Below are positions 35,891 to 46,415 of a DNA stretch of 64,000 nucleotides, one piece after another (the first letter of the stretch is position 1; the number at the start of each line of letters is the position of its first letter). The stretch is from a virus, in IMG/VR virus record IMGVR_UViG_3300034112_001564, positions 1-64,000 of that record; one strand, given 5' to 3'. The translations under genes were made by a program, and so were the position numbers. Under the pieces are notes generated by a model. That model did no database searches. It was not told where the DNA came from and was given only the letters and a program-made list of their open reading frames with translations.

Positions 35891-35891
35891 T

Positions 35892-36599
35892 TCAGAAGGT
35901 TCCCGAGTCGATTGTGATATTGTCGATCGAACCGCCCGTGATGTTCACGTTCGACGAACTCTGCTGGCTCATCGACCCGAGGCCGAGGTTCGATCTCGCA
36001 GTTGCCACGTCGGCCAAGTCGCTGAGATTTGACGCCTTGGCGAGCTTGCCGCCGATGGTCGCGGAGATCGTCGTGGAGAATGACGCATCCGAATTTAAAG
36101 CGGAGGCCAGTTCTGCCAGTGTGTTTAACGCTTCCGGTGCCCCGTTCACTAGCGCGGAAACAGCCGCCGACACGAACGCCGTCGTGGCGATCTTCGTCGA
36201 GTTGTCGCCGGTCGTCGGCGTCACTGAGGCAGGGGTGCCCGTGAAGGTCGGCGAGTTAATCGGTGCATAGGTGCTGCTCGCCGACGACTGCGTCAGGTAG
36301 GTGCTGCTCGCGGACGAGATCGTCAGATAGGTCGAAGCGGCACTGGCGGCCGTGAGGTAGTTGGCGAGTTGCGAACTCACGTCCACCGCGGCGACGGCAG
36401 AGGCAACATACGTTTTCGTGGCAAACACGCCGTCGCCGCCGATGGCAATCACGCTGGTTGCGTTGCCGTCCTGACCCAATCCTTTGCCATACCAAACGAC
36501 ATTGTCGACCTCATTAACGGCGCACTCCCCGTTCAAGAGTGTCGCGGGCGCGCCCGCGTTGCCAGAGACTCGTCTTTTCAGCCTGAGACGATTTGCCAT
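35892..36599 (-). CDS. tail fibre protein
   Basis: SPTFTGTP, STKIATTAFV, APEALNTLAELA. Confidence 0.8.
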   Translation of the reverse strand: MANRLRLKRRVSGNAGAPATLLNGECAVNEVDNVVWYGKGLGQDGNATSVIAIGGDGVFATKTYVASAVAAVDVSSQLANYLTAASAASTYLTISSASSTYLTQSSASSTYAPINSPTFTGTPASVTPTTGDNSTKIATTAFVSAAVSALVNGAPEALNTLAELASALNSDASFSTTISATIGGKLAKASNLSDLADVATARSNLGLGSMSQQSSSNVNITGGSIDNITIDSGTF

Positions 36600-36618
36600 G
36601 ATGCTCGCTCCTTGAGTT

Positions 36619-36900
36619 TCAGAAATTCTGTCCGTCTAAAATCAGATCACCCTCGGCGTGGTTGCGCCACTTATTTGACGAGTAACGAAGCAGGTCGCCG
36701 TCCGCGACGTTGCTCAACTGCACGTTGCTCAGTTCACCTAGCGAGCCGCCAGCAACACCTGACGGCCCCTGCGGCCCGATCCCGCCGCCAACGCTGGCCG
36801 TCACGACCGATGAGCCAACGCTCGCGGAGATGCTTCCTGAGCCGCTGACGGTCGCCACGATCGGCTGCGACTGTACGGTCGCCGTGATCTGCTGCGTCAT
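36619..36900 (-). CDS. tail-associated protein
   Basis: GPQGP, GDLLRY...KWRN. Confidence 0.65.
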   Translation of the reverse strand: MTQQITATVQSQPIVATVSGSGSISASVGSSVVTASVGGGIGPQGPSGVAGGSLGELSNVQLSNVADGDLLRYSSNKWRNHAEGDLILDGQNF

Positions 36901-37217
36901 GCGTAGACCTCCACGGTGCCAGAGAGGGCCGTCCGCTGGACGCCGCCGGGAGCGGTCCAATCAAGCTGCCAGCCGTAGGTGCCAGCGGCGAGAGAAGCGG
37001 TCTGGGTGTCGGTAAGACTCACTGAGACTTGCCCCGCCGAGGCGTCGGCAATCGTCGTCGTGAATGGCACGACGGTCGCCCCGGTGACGAGGCTGGTCAG
37101 GTTCGCCGACACGGTGTAACCGACGAGGTCTGTGCCGTTGAAGTCGATGACGGCTGCGAAGTCGTTGGACTTCCTGAACGCGAGCGGGAGTTTGCCGGGC
37201 AGTACGGAGTAGGTCAT
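36897..37217 (-). CDS. BppU-like adaptor, paralog of 46412-46777
   Basis: AGQVSVSLTDTQT...Y.W.L.W.APG...RT..SG.V. Confidence 0.65.
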   Translation of the reverse strand: MTYSVLPGKLPLAFRKSNDFAAVIDFNGTDLVGYTVSANLTSLVTGATVVPFTTTIADASAGQVSVSLTDTQTASLAAGTYGWQLDWTAPGGVQRTALSGTVEVYA

Positions 37218-37220
37218 GTT

Positions 37221-37346
37221 TCACCAGTAAGAGATGATCACTCGTCCAATCGCCCACCGCATCGCCGCCGCCCCGGCGCGAGCCGAGAGCACCAGCGCGG
37301 CGGCACCGGCTGTGGCGAGGGCGGCGAGGTAGATGGTGTCTCTCAC
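37221..37346 (-). CDS. small hydrophobic protein
   Basis: GTGA overlap; fills gap. Confidence 0.4.
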   Translation of the reverse strand: MRDTIYLAALATAGAAALVLSARAGAAAMRWAIGRVIISYW

Positions 37347-39223
37347 GAGATGCCCCACTTGGTCATGAGGTACGACTCGATATTCGACACGTTCTGTGAT
37401 GTCAGAGAAGCACTGTAGATCAGTAGCTCCGAGATGTGGCATGACATGAGCCGCTGTCCAGACTCAAGCCCGTAAGCCGTATACCCGCCAATGACGACGC
37501 CCGCTGTACTGGCAGAGTTGAATAGCGTCGAGGTGTTCGTGCCTTGTAGCGAACCATTCATGCGGGCTTGCAATCCTGCGCTTGTGTTGACGTACCCAAG
37601 CAGGCGGGCGGCTCCGTCGTTGAAATTTGACGTGGTAGCCTGCGTTGCCGCGTTGGTGCCATCATGAGCGTACATGGTGGCCGGAGTGGCAGACGTGGCA
37701 CCGCCCGTGTAGGCGAGAATCCACGCCGTCCCAGTAGACTGACCAACACCGGGCCATTTGCCGATGAGGCCAAGATTGCTGCCAGTGGAGCTTGTCTTGT
37801 AGACACAAAATATCGCCAGCCCGTTTGCACCATTGAGTGCAGCAGCGTGAGCGATTCCGAGCCAGTCGCCGCTATCGGCGGTGTCCGCCACAAACTCAAC
37901 AGATTCCCTGCTGTTGAGTCCAGCGAGTCGCCGCGTTGGCCTGCTGCCGCTTGTGGATTGGATCGCGTGGTTGCCTGAACCTGACTTGTCCGTCCACCTC
38001 GCCACGGCACCGTCTGCGGCCACGAGAGAGCCGCCGCTAGTGGCGTCAAACAGCGTCGAGGCGTCGGATGCGTCTAGCCATGTTGTCAAGCCGCTCACGC
38101 TGGCTGGCGTGAATGAACTCCATGTACTTAACGCCGCCCGCTCCCATGTATTCGCTGCCGTGGCGACGTACAGGTAATCACCGTCATACGCGATGCTGCC
38201 CGCCGTGCCGCTCGCCGTCGCCGACGCTGGCACGCTCGACCATGTGAGGCCAGAGCCGCCGCCGCCCGAGCCGGTGATGGTCACGGGGTAAGTCTGGGCG
38301 GCGGTGTAGGTGCCGGTGCCTGCGGCTACTGCTGGCGGCGTGAAGTTTGCCGTAAACCGCGCCGTGCCTTTTGTCACGCGCAGGTCGTCCAATCGCCCAT
38401 TGAGCGAGAACAGATACGGGTGGGCGTTCAGTTGACCGATCCACAGGTCGGTCGTTGCGCCGGGAGTCATGTCGTCGCTGTTTGTCACGGTCGAGCCGAC
38501 TTGCACGCCGTCAACAAACGCGCGGATGCTGCTGCCCGAGCGAGTCACGGCAACGTGATGCCACTGGTTGAGATTAAAGGTCGCCGTCCAGTTCAGGTCG
38601 GTCGTGCCTGTGTAGACGTTGATAGTGTTGTATCCGCTCGACGTGCCGTTGATGCGTAGCTGCCAGCCTTGATTCCCGCCCTGCCCGGCAGGGTAGGTCG
38701 CCATCAAACAGGCACCGTATGCGCCGTCAAATGACGCCGAGGCAGCATTGAAAAACACCCACGTTTCCAGCGTGAAATCGGCGGGGAAGGCAAACGCCGA
38801 ACTGCCAGCGACGCGCAGGTAGTCGCCGGTGCCATCGAACGCCAGCGAGTTGGACCCGTACTTCGCCATCCCCGTCGCCGCCGCATTGCCGTAAGCCGTT
38901 ACGCTGCGTGCGTAGCTCGACGAGTCCGTCAGGTCTCCGTCGCCCTTCAGAAGCAATTGCGTCTGCGTCCAGAACTGGTCCCCGCTCGCCGGAATCGTCA
39001 CGCTGCCCGAGAGCGAGCCGCCGCCAGACGCAGCCAACACGCCGTCGGTGATCGTCAAGCCGCTGCCGACCTTGACGAGGCCCAGCACCGAGGCGGATGC
39101 GGTTGGGATGGAGCCGCCCGTGCTTGTGAGCAATTCCCACGCATAGCCCGTCCAAAAAAACTCGCGTTGGTTCTGTTGGCTGGTTTGCCCGACCGTCGGC
39201 GACGATGGAAACGAGAGTGGCAT
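37343..39223 (-). CDS. tail fibre/receptor-binding protein with LamG-like domain
   Basis: DFTLETW, WHHVAVTR, GRLDDLRVTKG; second domain WLDASD...YLMTKWG. Confidence 0.8.
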   Translation of the reverse strand: MPLSFPSSPTVGQTSQQNQREFFWTGYAWELLTSTGGSIPTASASVLGLVKVGSGLTITDGVLAASGGGSLSGSVTIPASGDQFWTQTQLLLKGDGDLTDSSSYARSVTAYGNAAATGMAKYGSNSLAFDGTGDYLRVAGSSAFAFPADFTLETWVFFNAASASFDGAYGACLMATYPAGQGGNQGWQLRINGTSSGYNTINVYTGTTDLNWTATFNLNQWHHVAVTRSGSSIRAFVDGVQVGSTVTNSDDMTPGATTDLWIGQLNAHPYLFSLNGRLDDLRVTKGTARFTANFTPPAVAAGTGTYTAAQTYPVTITGSGGGGSGLTWSSVPASATASGTAGSIAYDGDYLYVATAANTWERAALSTWSSFTPASVSGLTTWLDASDASTLFDATSGGSLVAADGAVARWTDKSGSGNHAIQSTSGSRPTRRLAGLNSRESVEFVADTADSGDWLGIAHAAALNGANGLAIFCVYKTSSTGSNLGLIGKWPGVGQSTGTAWILAYTGGATSATPATMYAHDGTNAATQATTSNFNDGAARLLGYVNTSAGLQARMNGSLQGTNTSTLFNSASTAGVVIGGYTAYGLESGQRLMSCHISELLIYSASLTSQNVSNIESYLMTKWGIS

Positions 39224-39276
39224 GTGTTACCTGCTTAAAGCGACGAGGACGATGGAGGTGCGGATCATGCGATGTG

Positions 39277-42200
39277 TCACTGTGGCGGCAGTAGCTGAAT
39301 GTCGCCGACGCGAACGTCGGTGAGAACTGGGTTGTCAACCACGAACTGCCACCGCCAATATCTGTAGTTGGCGGGTGCTGCAAATGTAAACGTCTTTGTC
39401 TCGTTGTCAGACCACGCCAAGCCGACTCGCTCGTCAATCATTTGGAACGTCGCGCCGTCATTGCTACCAGAGAGAAATATCCTGTTCGGCCCGAAAGTAC
39501 CGGCGGCATCGCCTGTCTTGACTCGGTAGCCACCAGCCCACGATTTCTGGTTCTCAGGAAATGCGTATTGCAGCCACCTGAGCGGCGACACGTTAGCGGC
39601 CGCTCGCACCTGCATCCCACCGCAGCCTTGATCAAAGACACGCCAGAATTCCTCGCTCCCGCCTCCTCCGCACTGCGAGGTACGCCACCCCGGAAAAGCA
39701 TATTCATGAAACGACACTTCGCCGGATGGCGCGGTCATGGAGGTCATCTGTGGTATCAGGCGATACGTCAAATCTTCTGGGGTTACACCTCCCGACAGCG
39801 CCGACCACGCCCCTTGCCCTGCGGCATTGATCGCGGCCACGCGGAAGACGTATTCAACGCCGTTCGTGAGGCCAGTGACTGTCGTTCCGGTTGATTCGGC
39901 AAAGCCGTCGCTGAATGTAGTCCAGTTGGACCCGCCGTCCGAGGAGTATTGGACAACGTAGTCTTGCACAGCGCTTCCGCCGTTGTTTGATGGCGCAGCC
40001 CATGAAAGGCTTGCGGAAGCATTGCTGCGAGTTCCCGACACCCCTGTCGGCGAGTCTGGCGCAGTGAACGGTTTTCCAGAGAATGAATCGCTGTAGCCTC
40101 CAGCGCCGATAGCGTTTACCGCCCGCACTCGCACGCCGTACAGCGTCCCGTTCGTCAAGCCGTCAAGGTTGTAGGAGGTCGCGCTTGTGCCAGTGCTGAC
40201 GGTTTGCGCAGAGCCGCCGCTGGGCGTGTATTCAATGGTGTAGCCTGTGATGGCTGAACCACCGTTGTTGGGCGCGGTCCAACTCAGCGCGAGTCTGCCG
40301 GAGGCTGTTCCGCTCGTGACGGTCACATTCACGACACTGGCAGGTACTGTGGCAGGCGTGCGGCTGATCGCCGTCGTGTACGAGCCTCGGCCAACCGCGT
40401 TGTTCGCGGCAACTCGGATCGAGTAGCTCGTGCCGTTGGTTAGTCCTGTCAGCGTGTACGGGCTTGATGCCGCCGTCACTGTCACGGCGGAGCCGCCTGA
40501 AGGCGTGTACTCCACCGTGTAGTTCGTGATCGCGGAGCCGCCATTGCTCGTCGGCGCGGTCCACGACAGGGCAACGCTGCCGTTTCCGACAGTGCCTGCA
40601 AGCGATGTCGGCGATCCCGGCACGGTTGCTGGTGTTCCAGAGAATGAATCGCTGTAGCCACCCGACCCTACGGAGTTCACCGCCCGCACTCGAACGCCGT
40701 ACAGCGTCCCGTTCGTCAAGCCGTCAAGGTTGTAAGATGTTGCTGCGCTGCCGGTGTTGACTGTCACGGCCGACCCACCCGACGGCGTGTACTCGATCGT
40801 GTAGCTCGTGACCGCGGAACCGCCGTTACTTGAAGGCGCGGTCCAACTCAGCGCGAGTCTGCCCGAGGCTGTTCCGCTCGTGACGGTCACATTCACGACA
40901 CTGGCAGGTACTGTGGCAGGCGTGCGAGTGATCGCCGTCGTGTACGAGCCTCGGCCAACCGCGTTGTTCGCGGCGACTCGGATCGAGTAGCTCGTGCCGT
41001 TGGTCAGTGAAGGCAGAGTGTATGGGCTGGACGCCGCCGTCACCGTCACAGCGGAGCCACCTGACGGCGTGTACTCGACGGTGTAGTTCGTGATCGCGGA
41101 GCCGCCGTCGCTGGCAGGAGCGGTCCACGACAGGGCGACGCTGCCGTTTCCGATCGTGCCTTGAAGGCTCGTGGGTGCGCCCGGAGCGGAGACTGGCGAC
41201 GCGGTTGCGGCGGTGCTGTATCCCCCCGACCCGACGGCGTTCACAGCCCGTGCGCGGACGCTATAGGTCGTGCCGCCTGTCAGGCCGTCAAGATTGTATG
41301 ATGTCGAATTGCTGCCAGTGTTGACCGTCGCAGGCGAGCCGCCTGAAGGCGTGTACTCGATTGTGTATTCGGTGATCGCGGCCCCGCCGTTGCTGGACGG
41401 TGCTGTCCACGAGAGTTCCAGCCTGCCCGCAGTGCCACCTCCAGTGGCATTGAGTCCTGTCGGCTCGCTGGGCGTCGTGGCGGGGGTGCGATTGATTGCC
41501 GTCGTGTACCCGCCACGACCCGCTGCGTTATTTGCGGCGACTCGGATCGAGTAGCTCGTGCCGTTGGTCAGTGAAGGCAGAGTGTATGGGCTGGACGCCG
41601 CCGTCACCGTCACAGCCGAACCACCCGACGGCGTGTACTCGATCGTGTAGTTTGTTATCGTGGAGCCGCCATTGCTTGATGGGGCGTCCCACGAAATAGC
41701 AACGCTCGCGTCGCTTGTGGTGCCGCTCAAGTTGGCTGGAACGCCGGGGACAGTGAAAGGCGTGCTGGAGGCAGCTTCGCTGTAGTTTCCAGCGCCGCCC
41801 GCGTTCACCGCCCGAACCATCAAGCTGTATGAAGTGCCGTTCGTCAGGCCGTCAAGGTTGTAAACCGTATTGGTGCTGCCTGTGTCGACGGTCTGAGGAG
41901 AGCCGCCCGAGGGTGTGTACTCGACGGTGTATCCCGTGATCGCGGACCCGCCCGCCACCGAGGGCGCGATCCAGTCAAGCACAAGCCTGCCAGACTCGCT
42001 GCCGCCGGTTGCCGTCAAGCCCGTCGGAGCGCCGGGTACTGCGATTTGTGGAGTTCGAGCGATCGCCGTCGTGTACTCGCCTCTTCCAACCGCGTTGTTT
42101 GCGGCAACTCGGATCGAGTAGCTCGTGCCGTTGGTCAGGCCGGTCAGCGTGTACGGGCTTGCTGTCGCAGTCACGGTCGCGGCAGAACCACCTGCCGGTG

Positions 42201-45200
42201 TGTATTCGACGGTGTAGTTCGTGATCGTGGCCCCGCCGTCGCTGGCAGGTGCGGTCCACGAGAGATCGACGCTGCCGTCTCCGATCGTGCCGATCAGGCT
42301 GGTGGGAGTGCCGGGAACAAGACCCGGTGTGCCAGTTGCGGCTGTGCTGTACCCGCCCGCTCCAACGACATTCACCGCACGCACTCGCACGCTGTAGGAC
42401 GTGCCGTTCGTGAGGCCGTTGAGATTGAACGAGGCCGACGTGCTACCAGTGCTGACAGTCTGAGCGGACCCGCCAGACGGCGTGTACTCAACAGTGTATC
42501 CCGTGATCGCCGACCCGCCGTTGCTGGGAGCGGTCCACGCAAGCACGAGCCTGCCGGATGCGCTTCCGCCAGTTGCGGTCAGGCCAGTTGGAGTCCCCGG
42601 CGCAGTGGCTGGCGTGCGAGTGATCTCCGCCGTGTACCCGCCCCTGCCGACCGGGTTGTTCGCGGCAACTCGGATCGAGTAGCTAGTGCCGTTCGTCAGC
42701 CCGCTCAGCGTGTACGGGCTGGAGGAGGCGGCTACCGTCTGTGCAGACCCACCCGCCGGGGTGTACTCGACCGTGTAGCTCGTGATATCAGGACCGCCGT
42801 CGTCGGCAGGTGCCACCCACGAGAGATAAACGCTTCCGTCGTCTGACGTGCCACTGAGGTTAGTCGGCACTCCCGGCAGACCCTGCACCAAAACCGGCGA
42901 CGATGCGTCGCTCCACTGGCCGACACCGACTGCGTTGGTCGCTCGAACGCGGAACGTGTACGACACTTCGTTCGTCAGGCCGGTGACGGTGTACGAGGAG
43001 TTGACAGAACCAGTCTCGACCGTCTGGGGGGAGCCACCAGATGCCGTGTACTCGACTGTATACCCCGTGATCGCAGACCCGTTGGCAGACGACGCAGTCC
43101 ACGCGAGAGCCACCTGACCAGAAGTTGCCGTGCCGCTGGGAGTCCCCGGAGAACTCGGCACGCCGCGAGGGGTGACGGCAGAAGACTGCGTCGGAGTGCT
43201 GTCGCCGACCGCCGTGCGGGCAGAGACTCGGAAATAATAAGCCGTGCCGTTTGTTAGTCCCGTGACTGTATACGAACCAGAAGTGTTCTGGCCGTCGTCG
43301 ATCGGCGTCCACGAGGACTGATCGGTGCTGTATTGCAGCAGGTAGTCCAAGACCGGCGTGCCGCCGGTACTGCCAGCTACCCACGACACGACTACTTCGC
43401 CATCACCAGCAGTGCCGGAAACACTGGCTGGCGGGCTGGGCGGGCCGCTCGGCGTGACGGCTGCACTGGATGCCGACCAAGGCCCGGTGCCGGAAGACGA
43501 CTGATACGCCACTCGGAAGATGTAGCTCGTGCCGTTCGTGAGTCCGCCGACAGTCGATGTGACACCTGACGCAGCTTGCGGCGTGAGGTCCGTCCATGTG
43601 CTGCCGGAGTTTGCACTGTAGGAGACGATGTAGTTGGTCAGGACGCGGCAGCTTGTGTTCGCAGGTGCCGTCCAACTCAGAGTCGCCTGCCCGTTGCCGG
43701 ATACGCCCGTCACTGATGTCGGTGCTTCTGGCAAAGCCAGAGACGGCGTAGCCGTAGCGACACTTGAATACACGCCGGTATATTGTCCGTTGGTTGCAGC
43801 CACGCGGAAGTCGTAGCTCACACCATTGGTTAGCCCGGTTACTGTGATGAACGTGTTCGTCGACGCGGGGTGCGAGAAGGTCTGCCAGCTAGGCCCGCTT
43901 TTGTACTGCACAGTGTAGTCAGTCACGTCGCCGTCAGGTGCCGACCAAGAGAGGCATGCCTGCAAGTGTCCAGCGGCAGCAATCAGGCCGGAGACTTGGG
44001 CGGGTGGCGTGAGAAGAGTCACGGGAGTGCTGGTGATCCACACCCCCTGCCCGCCAGCGTTCACGGCGGCGACACGCACTGTGTATGTCTCGCCGTTTGC
44101 AAGTCCGGTGATCGTGCGTGATGTCGTAGACACGCTGCCCCCAGACTCCCACTCGCCGCCATCTCGCTGGTATTCGACGACATAGCCAGTGGCACCAGTC
44201 ACAGCCGCCCATGAGACGGACAACTGCCCGTCTCCGGCGGTCGCCGTCACTGTCACGGGCGAGTCGGGGGCCAGCGGCCTCTTTGCGACCGGGAATGGCT
44301 CAGAGGGCGGAGTGAAGTTCGCCGAATACCTCGCTCGCTTCGTGACCCTGAACTCGTCGATGAAGGCGACGGGCGAGCGGGCTGGGTAGCCGACGAAGAG
44401 CCTTCCAGAGAGAGCAGCCGAACCGCTCCACACGTCCGCAGACGTTTGCGGGTTGATCTGAACTCCGTCGACAAACAGGCGGATGCGAAAGTCAGCCTCG
44501 CGGACCACGGCGATGTGATACCAGCGGGCGGCTTGAAACTGCACCGGCGAAGGCGCACTTAGCTGCGCCACCCACGATCTGCCGTATCGCAGCGCTTGTC
44601 CGTTGGAGGATGTCGTGAGAAAGCTCATGTTCCTGCCTTCGGTGCTGTTGTTTGCACCGTGGAACAGGTAGAGTTCTCGCGTCGGCGCGGCTTTGAAAAA
44701 GACCCAGAACTCGATCGTGAACGCGCCAGTCAGGGCGGTGCTGGGACCGTTGGCGACGGTGAGGTAGTTGCTGCTTGTCGGCAGGTCAGCGCTTTTCGCC
44801 CCCCACTTCTTTTGAGTCGTGGACTGAGTCGCACCAAGAGACGTGATGACCGTGTTGTTCACGGACGAGTCCACGAACGTGGTCCCGCTGCCGTCCATCT
44901 TCAGGAGCAGGGCAACGTCGTCCCAGTTGTCGTCGTAGGACACGGGCGTGGCGGCTGCTGTGCTTGACCACGCCCCCGGCCCGATGCCGTTAACCGCCCG
45001 AACGCGAAACTGATACGCCGTCTGACCAGCGAGGCCGGTGACGGTGAAGCCCAGCGCCGTCGAGGCCGAGGGGCGAGTCACTGCGGTCCACGTCACGCCA
45101 GAGTCGACGCTCTGCTCGATCGTGTAGTCCGAGATCGCGACTCCGCCTGTGCTGGCTGGAGCAACCCAAGATAGTTGCACCTGCCGCTCGCCAGCCGTCG

Positions 45201-45573
45201 CCGTCAAGCTCGTCGGCGCACCGGGCGGAAGGCCGATGAGTGCGGCGACCGTCGTCGAAGCGTAAGGCCCGAAGCCAGCCTTGTTGACCGCCCGCACCCG
45301 GAAGAAGTACGAACTTCCGCTGGTGAGGCCGGTCACGACGGCGGTCGCCGCGCCGCCAGCTTGGTCGTAGAACGTCGTCCACGAAACGCCGTCGGCGCTG
45401 TACTGGACTTGGTGATCCGTAATAGGCAACTGAGATATCGTGGCAGGAGCAGCCCACGACAACGTAGCCGAGCCGTCGCCGCCAGCCACCGTGAGCGAAG
45501 TCGGCGCGGGGGGTGCAAAGGCACTGATGATCGAGTTCCAACCCTGATCGCTTAGTCTATCCAGCCTCGCCAC
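39277..45573 (-). CDS. giant fibronectin type III repeat protein (about 18 FN3, LamG, C-terminal discoidin-like)
   Basis: repeated W.AP...ITxY.VEY...LTNGTSY..RV.A.N..G. Confidence 0.9.
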   Translation of the reverse strand: MARLDRLSDQGWNSIISAFAPPAPTSLTVAGGDGSATLSWAAPATISQLPITDHQVQYSADGVSWTTFYDQAGGAATAVVTGLTSGSSYFFRVRAVNKAGFGPYASTTVAALIGLPPGAPTSLTATAGERQVQLSWVAPASTGGVAISDYTIEQSVDSGVTWTAVTRPSASTALGFTVTGLAGQTAYQFRVRAVNGIGPGAWSSTAAATPVSYDDNWDDVALLLKMDGSGTTFVDSSVNNTVITSLGATQSTTQKKWGAKSADLPTSSNYLTVANGPSTALTGAFTIEFWVFFKAAPTRELYLFHGANNSTEGRNMSFLTTSSNGQALRYGRSWVAQLSAPSPVQFQAARWYHIAVVREADFRIRLFVDGVQINPQTSADVWSGSAALSGRLFVGYPARSPVAFIDEFRVTKRARYSANFTPPSEPFPVAKRPLAPDSPVTVTATAGDGQLSVSWAAVTGATGYVVEYQRDGGEWESGGSVSTTSRTITGLANGETYTVRVAAVNAGGQGVWITSTPVTLLTPPAQVSGLIAAAGHLQACLSWSAPDGDVTDYTVQYKSGPSWQTFSHPASTNTFITVTGLTNGVSYDFRVAATNGQYTGVYSSVATATPSLALPEAPTSVTGVSGNGQATLSWTAPANTSCRVLTNYIVSYSANSGSTWTDLTPQAASGVTSTVGGLTNGTSYIFRVAYQSSSGTGPWSASSAAVTPSGPPSPPASVSGTAGDGEVVVSWVAGSTGGTPVLDYLLQYSTDQSSWTPIDDGQNTSGSYTVTGLTNGTAYYFRVSARTAVGDSTPTQSSAVTPRGVPSSPGTPSGTATSGQVALAWTASSANGSAITGYTVEYTASGGSPQTVETGSVNSSYTVTGLTNEVSYTFRVRATNAVGVGQWSDASSPVLVQGLPGVPTNLSGTSDDGSVYLSWVAPADDGGPDITSYTVEYTPAGGSAQTVAASSSPYTLSGLTNGTSYSIRVAANNPVGRGGYTAEITRTPATAPGTPTGLTATGGSASGRLVLAWTAPSNGGSAITGYTVEYTPSGGSAQTVSTGSTSASFNLNGLTNGTSYSVRVRAVNVVGAGGYSTAATGTPGLVPGTPTSLIGTIGDGSVDLSWTAPASDGGATITNYTVEYTPAGGSAATVTATASPYTLTGLTNGTSYSIRVAANNAVGRGEYTTAIARTPQIAVPGAPTGLTATGGSESGRLVLDWIAPSVAGGSAITGYTVEYTPSGGSPQTVDTGSTNTVYNLDGLTNGTSYSLMVRAVNAGGAGNYSEAASSTPFTVPGVPANLSGTTSDASVAISWDAPSSNGGSTITNYTIEYTPSGGSAVTVTAASSPYTLPSLTNGTSYSIRVAANNAAGRGGYTTAINRTPATTPSEPTGLNATGGGTAGRLELSWTAPSSNGGAAITEYTIEYTPSGGSPATVNTGSNSTSYNLDGLTGGTTYSVRARAVNAVGSGGYSTAATASPVSAPGAPTSLQGTIGNGSVALSWTAPASDGGSAITNYTVEYTPSGGSAVTVTAASSPYTLPSLTNGTSYSIRVAANNAVGRGSYTTAITRTPATVPASVVNVTVTSGTASGRLALSWTAPSSNGGSAVTSYTIEYTPSGGSAVTVNTGSAATSYNLDGLTNGTLYGVRVRAVNSVGSGGYSDSFSGTPATVPGSPTSLAGTVGNGSVALSWTAPTSNGGSAITNYTVEYTPSGGSAVTVTAASSPYTLTGLTNGTSYSIRVAANNAVGRGSYTTAISRTPATVPASVVNVTVTSGTASGRLALSWTAPNNGGSAITGYTIEYTPSGGSAQTVSTGTSATSYNLDGLTNGTLYGVRVRAVNAIGAGGYSDSFSGKPFTAPDSPTGVSGTRSNASASLSWAAPSNNGGSAVQDYVVQYSSDGGSNWTTFSDGFAESTGTTVTGLTNGVEYVFRVAAINAAGQGAWSALSGGVTPEDLTYRLIPQMTSMTAPSGEVSFHEYAFPGWRTSQCGGGGSEEFWRVFDQGCGGMQVRAAANVSPLRWLQYAFPENQKSWAGGYRVKTGDAAGTFGPNRIFLSGSNDGATFQMIDERVGLAWSDNETKTFTFAAPANYRYWRWQFVVDNPVLTDVRVGDIQLLPPQ

Positions 45574-45947
45574 TAGAAGACCTCCTTCCAGTTCACGTCG
45601 ACTGTCAGCTTGTTGGCGACCGCCGCTGCGACATACAGACTTTGGTTTTCGAGAAGCCCGAATCCAAAAGTCTTGTCGATCACGACGAGGCTGTGACCGG
45701 CCTGAATCGGAATCTGATAGGCGATGTGAAACGGCGTGCCGACGTTTGCGGCGTCGTCGTACCTCGTCACCGTGACCGACACGGCGACTGACGGGTCGGC
45801 GTTAGCGACGATGACGGAGTCGACCAGAAGAAGCTTGCCGCTATCCACCGCGTTGCTGACCAGAGAGGTCGCTGCCGTCGACCCAAGCGAGACCTGATTA
45901 TTATTCGCGAGGATCGTGCTTGCGTTGTTGATGTTTGGGTTTGCCAT
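45573..45947 (-). CDS. virion beta-sandwich protein
   Basis: MANPNI...; GAGG RBS. Confidence 0.7.
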   Translation of the reverse strand: MANPNINNASTILANNNQVSLGSTAATSLVSNAVDSGKLLLVDSVIVANADPSVAVSVTVTRYDDAANVGTPFHIAYQIPIQAGHSLVVIDKTFGFGLLENQSLYVAAAVANKLTVDVNWKEVF

Positions 45948-45956
45948 CGATCCACC

Positions 45957-46415
45957 TCACGAGAGTGCCAATACTGTTCCGATTCGCACGCCGCTGCCGC
46001 TCGGTCCCATTGGCCCCACGATCGACGAAATCGGCACGAGGTTGTTCCACGCCGTGTCGCCGACCAGTCGCCACTGGAGGTATGAGCCGGTCGACTGGAA
46101 CTCCGGCCGCAAGGCCGGCAGCACGAGGCTCAAGGTCTGCGACGGTGCCGACCCCGTGATCGACACTGCGGCCGTCGGCCCCACGGCGACCGTTCCGATC
46201 GACAGCGTGTTTGGCGGCCCCAGGAGCGACGTAAGCGGCACGAGGTCGGTCCAGCTCGAGCTGGCGACCAGCTTCCACTGAACGTGCGTCGCGTTCGCCC
46301 GAAGCTCGGCCGGCAGGGGCAGCAAGTCGCCGACGTTGACGTTGACTGAGTCGCCGCCGGAAACGGAGACGCCCGCGGTGCCCGAGCCCGCGACCGTAAT
46401 GTTGATTGCGCTCAT
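45957..46415 (-). CDS. tail-associated protein
   Basis: repeated QW...W.(D/N)LVP. Confidence 0.65.
   Translation of the reverse strand: MSAINITVAGSGTAGVSVSGGDSVNVNVGDLLPLPAELRANATHVQWKLVASSSWTDLVPLTSLLGPPNTLSIGTVAVGPTAAVSITGSAPSQTLSLVLPALRPEFQSTGSYLQWRLVGDTAWNNLVPISSIVGPMGPSGSGVRIGTVLALS

Noticed and set aside
37343-39223. Diversity-generating retroelement target
   Set aside because: No reverse transcriptase or template repeat noticed in the window.
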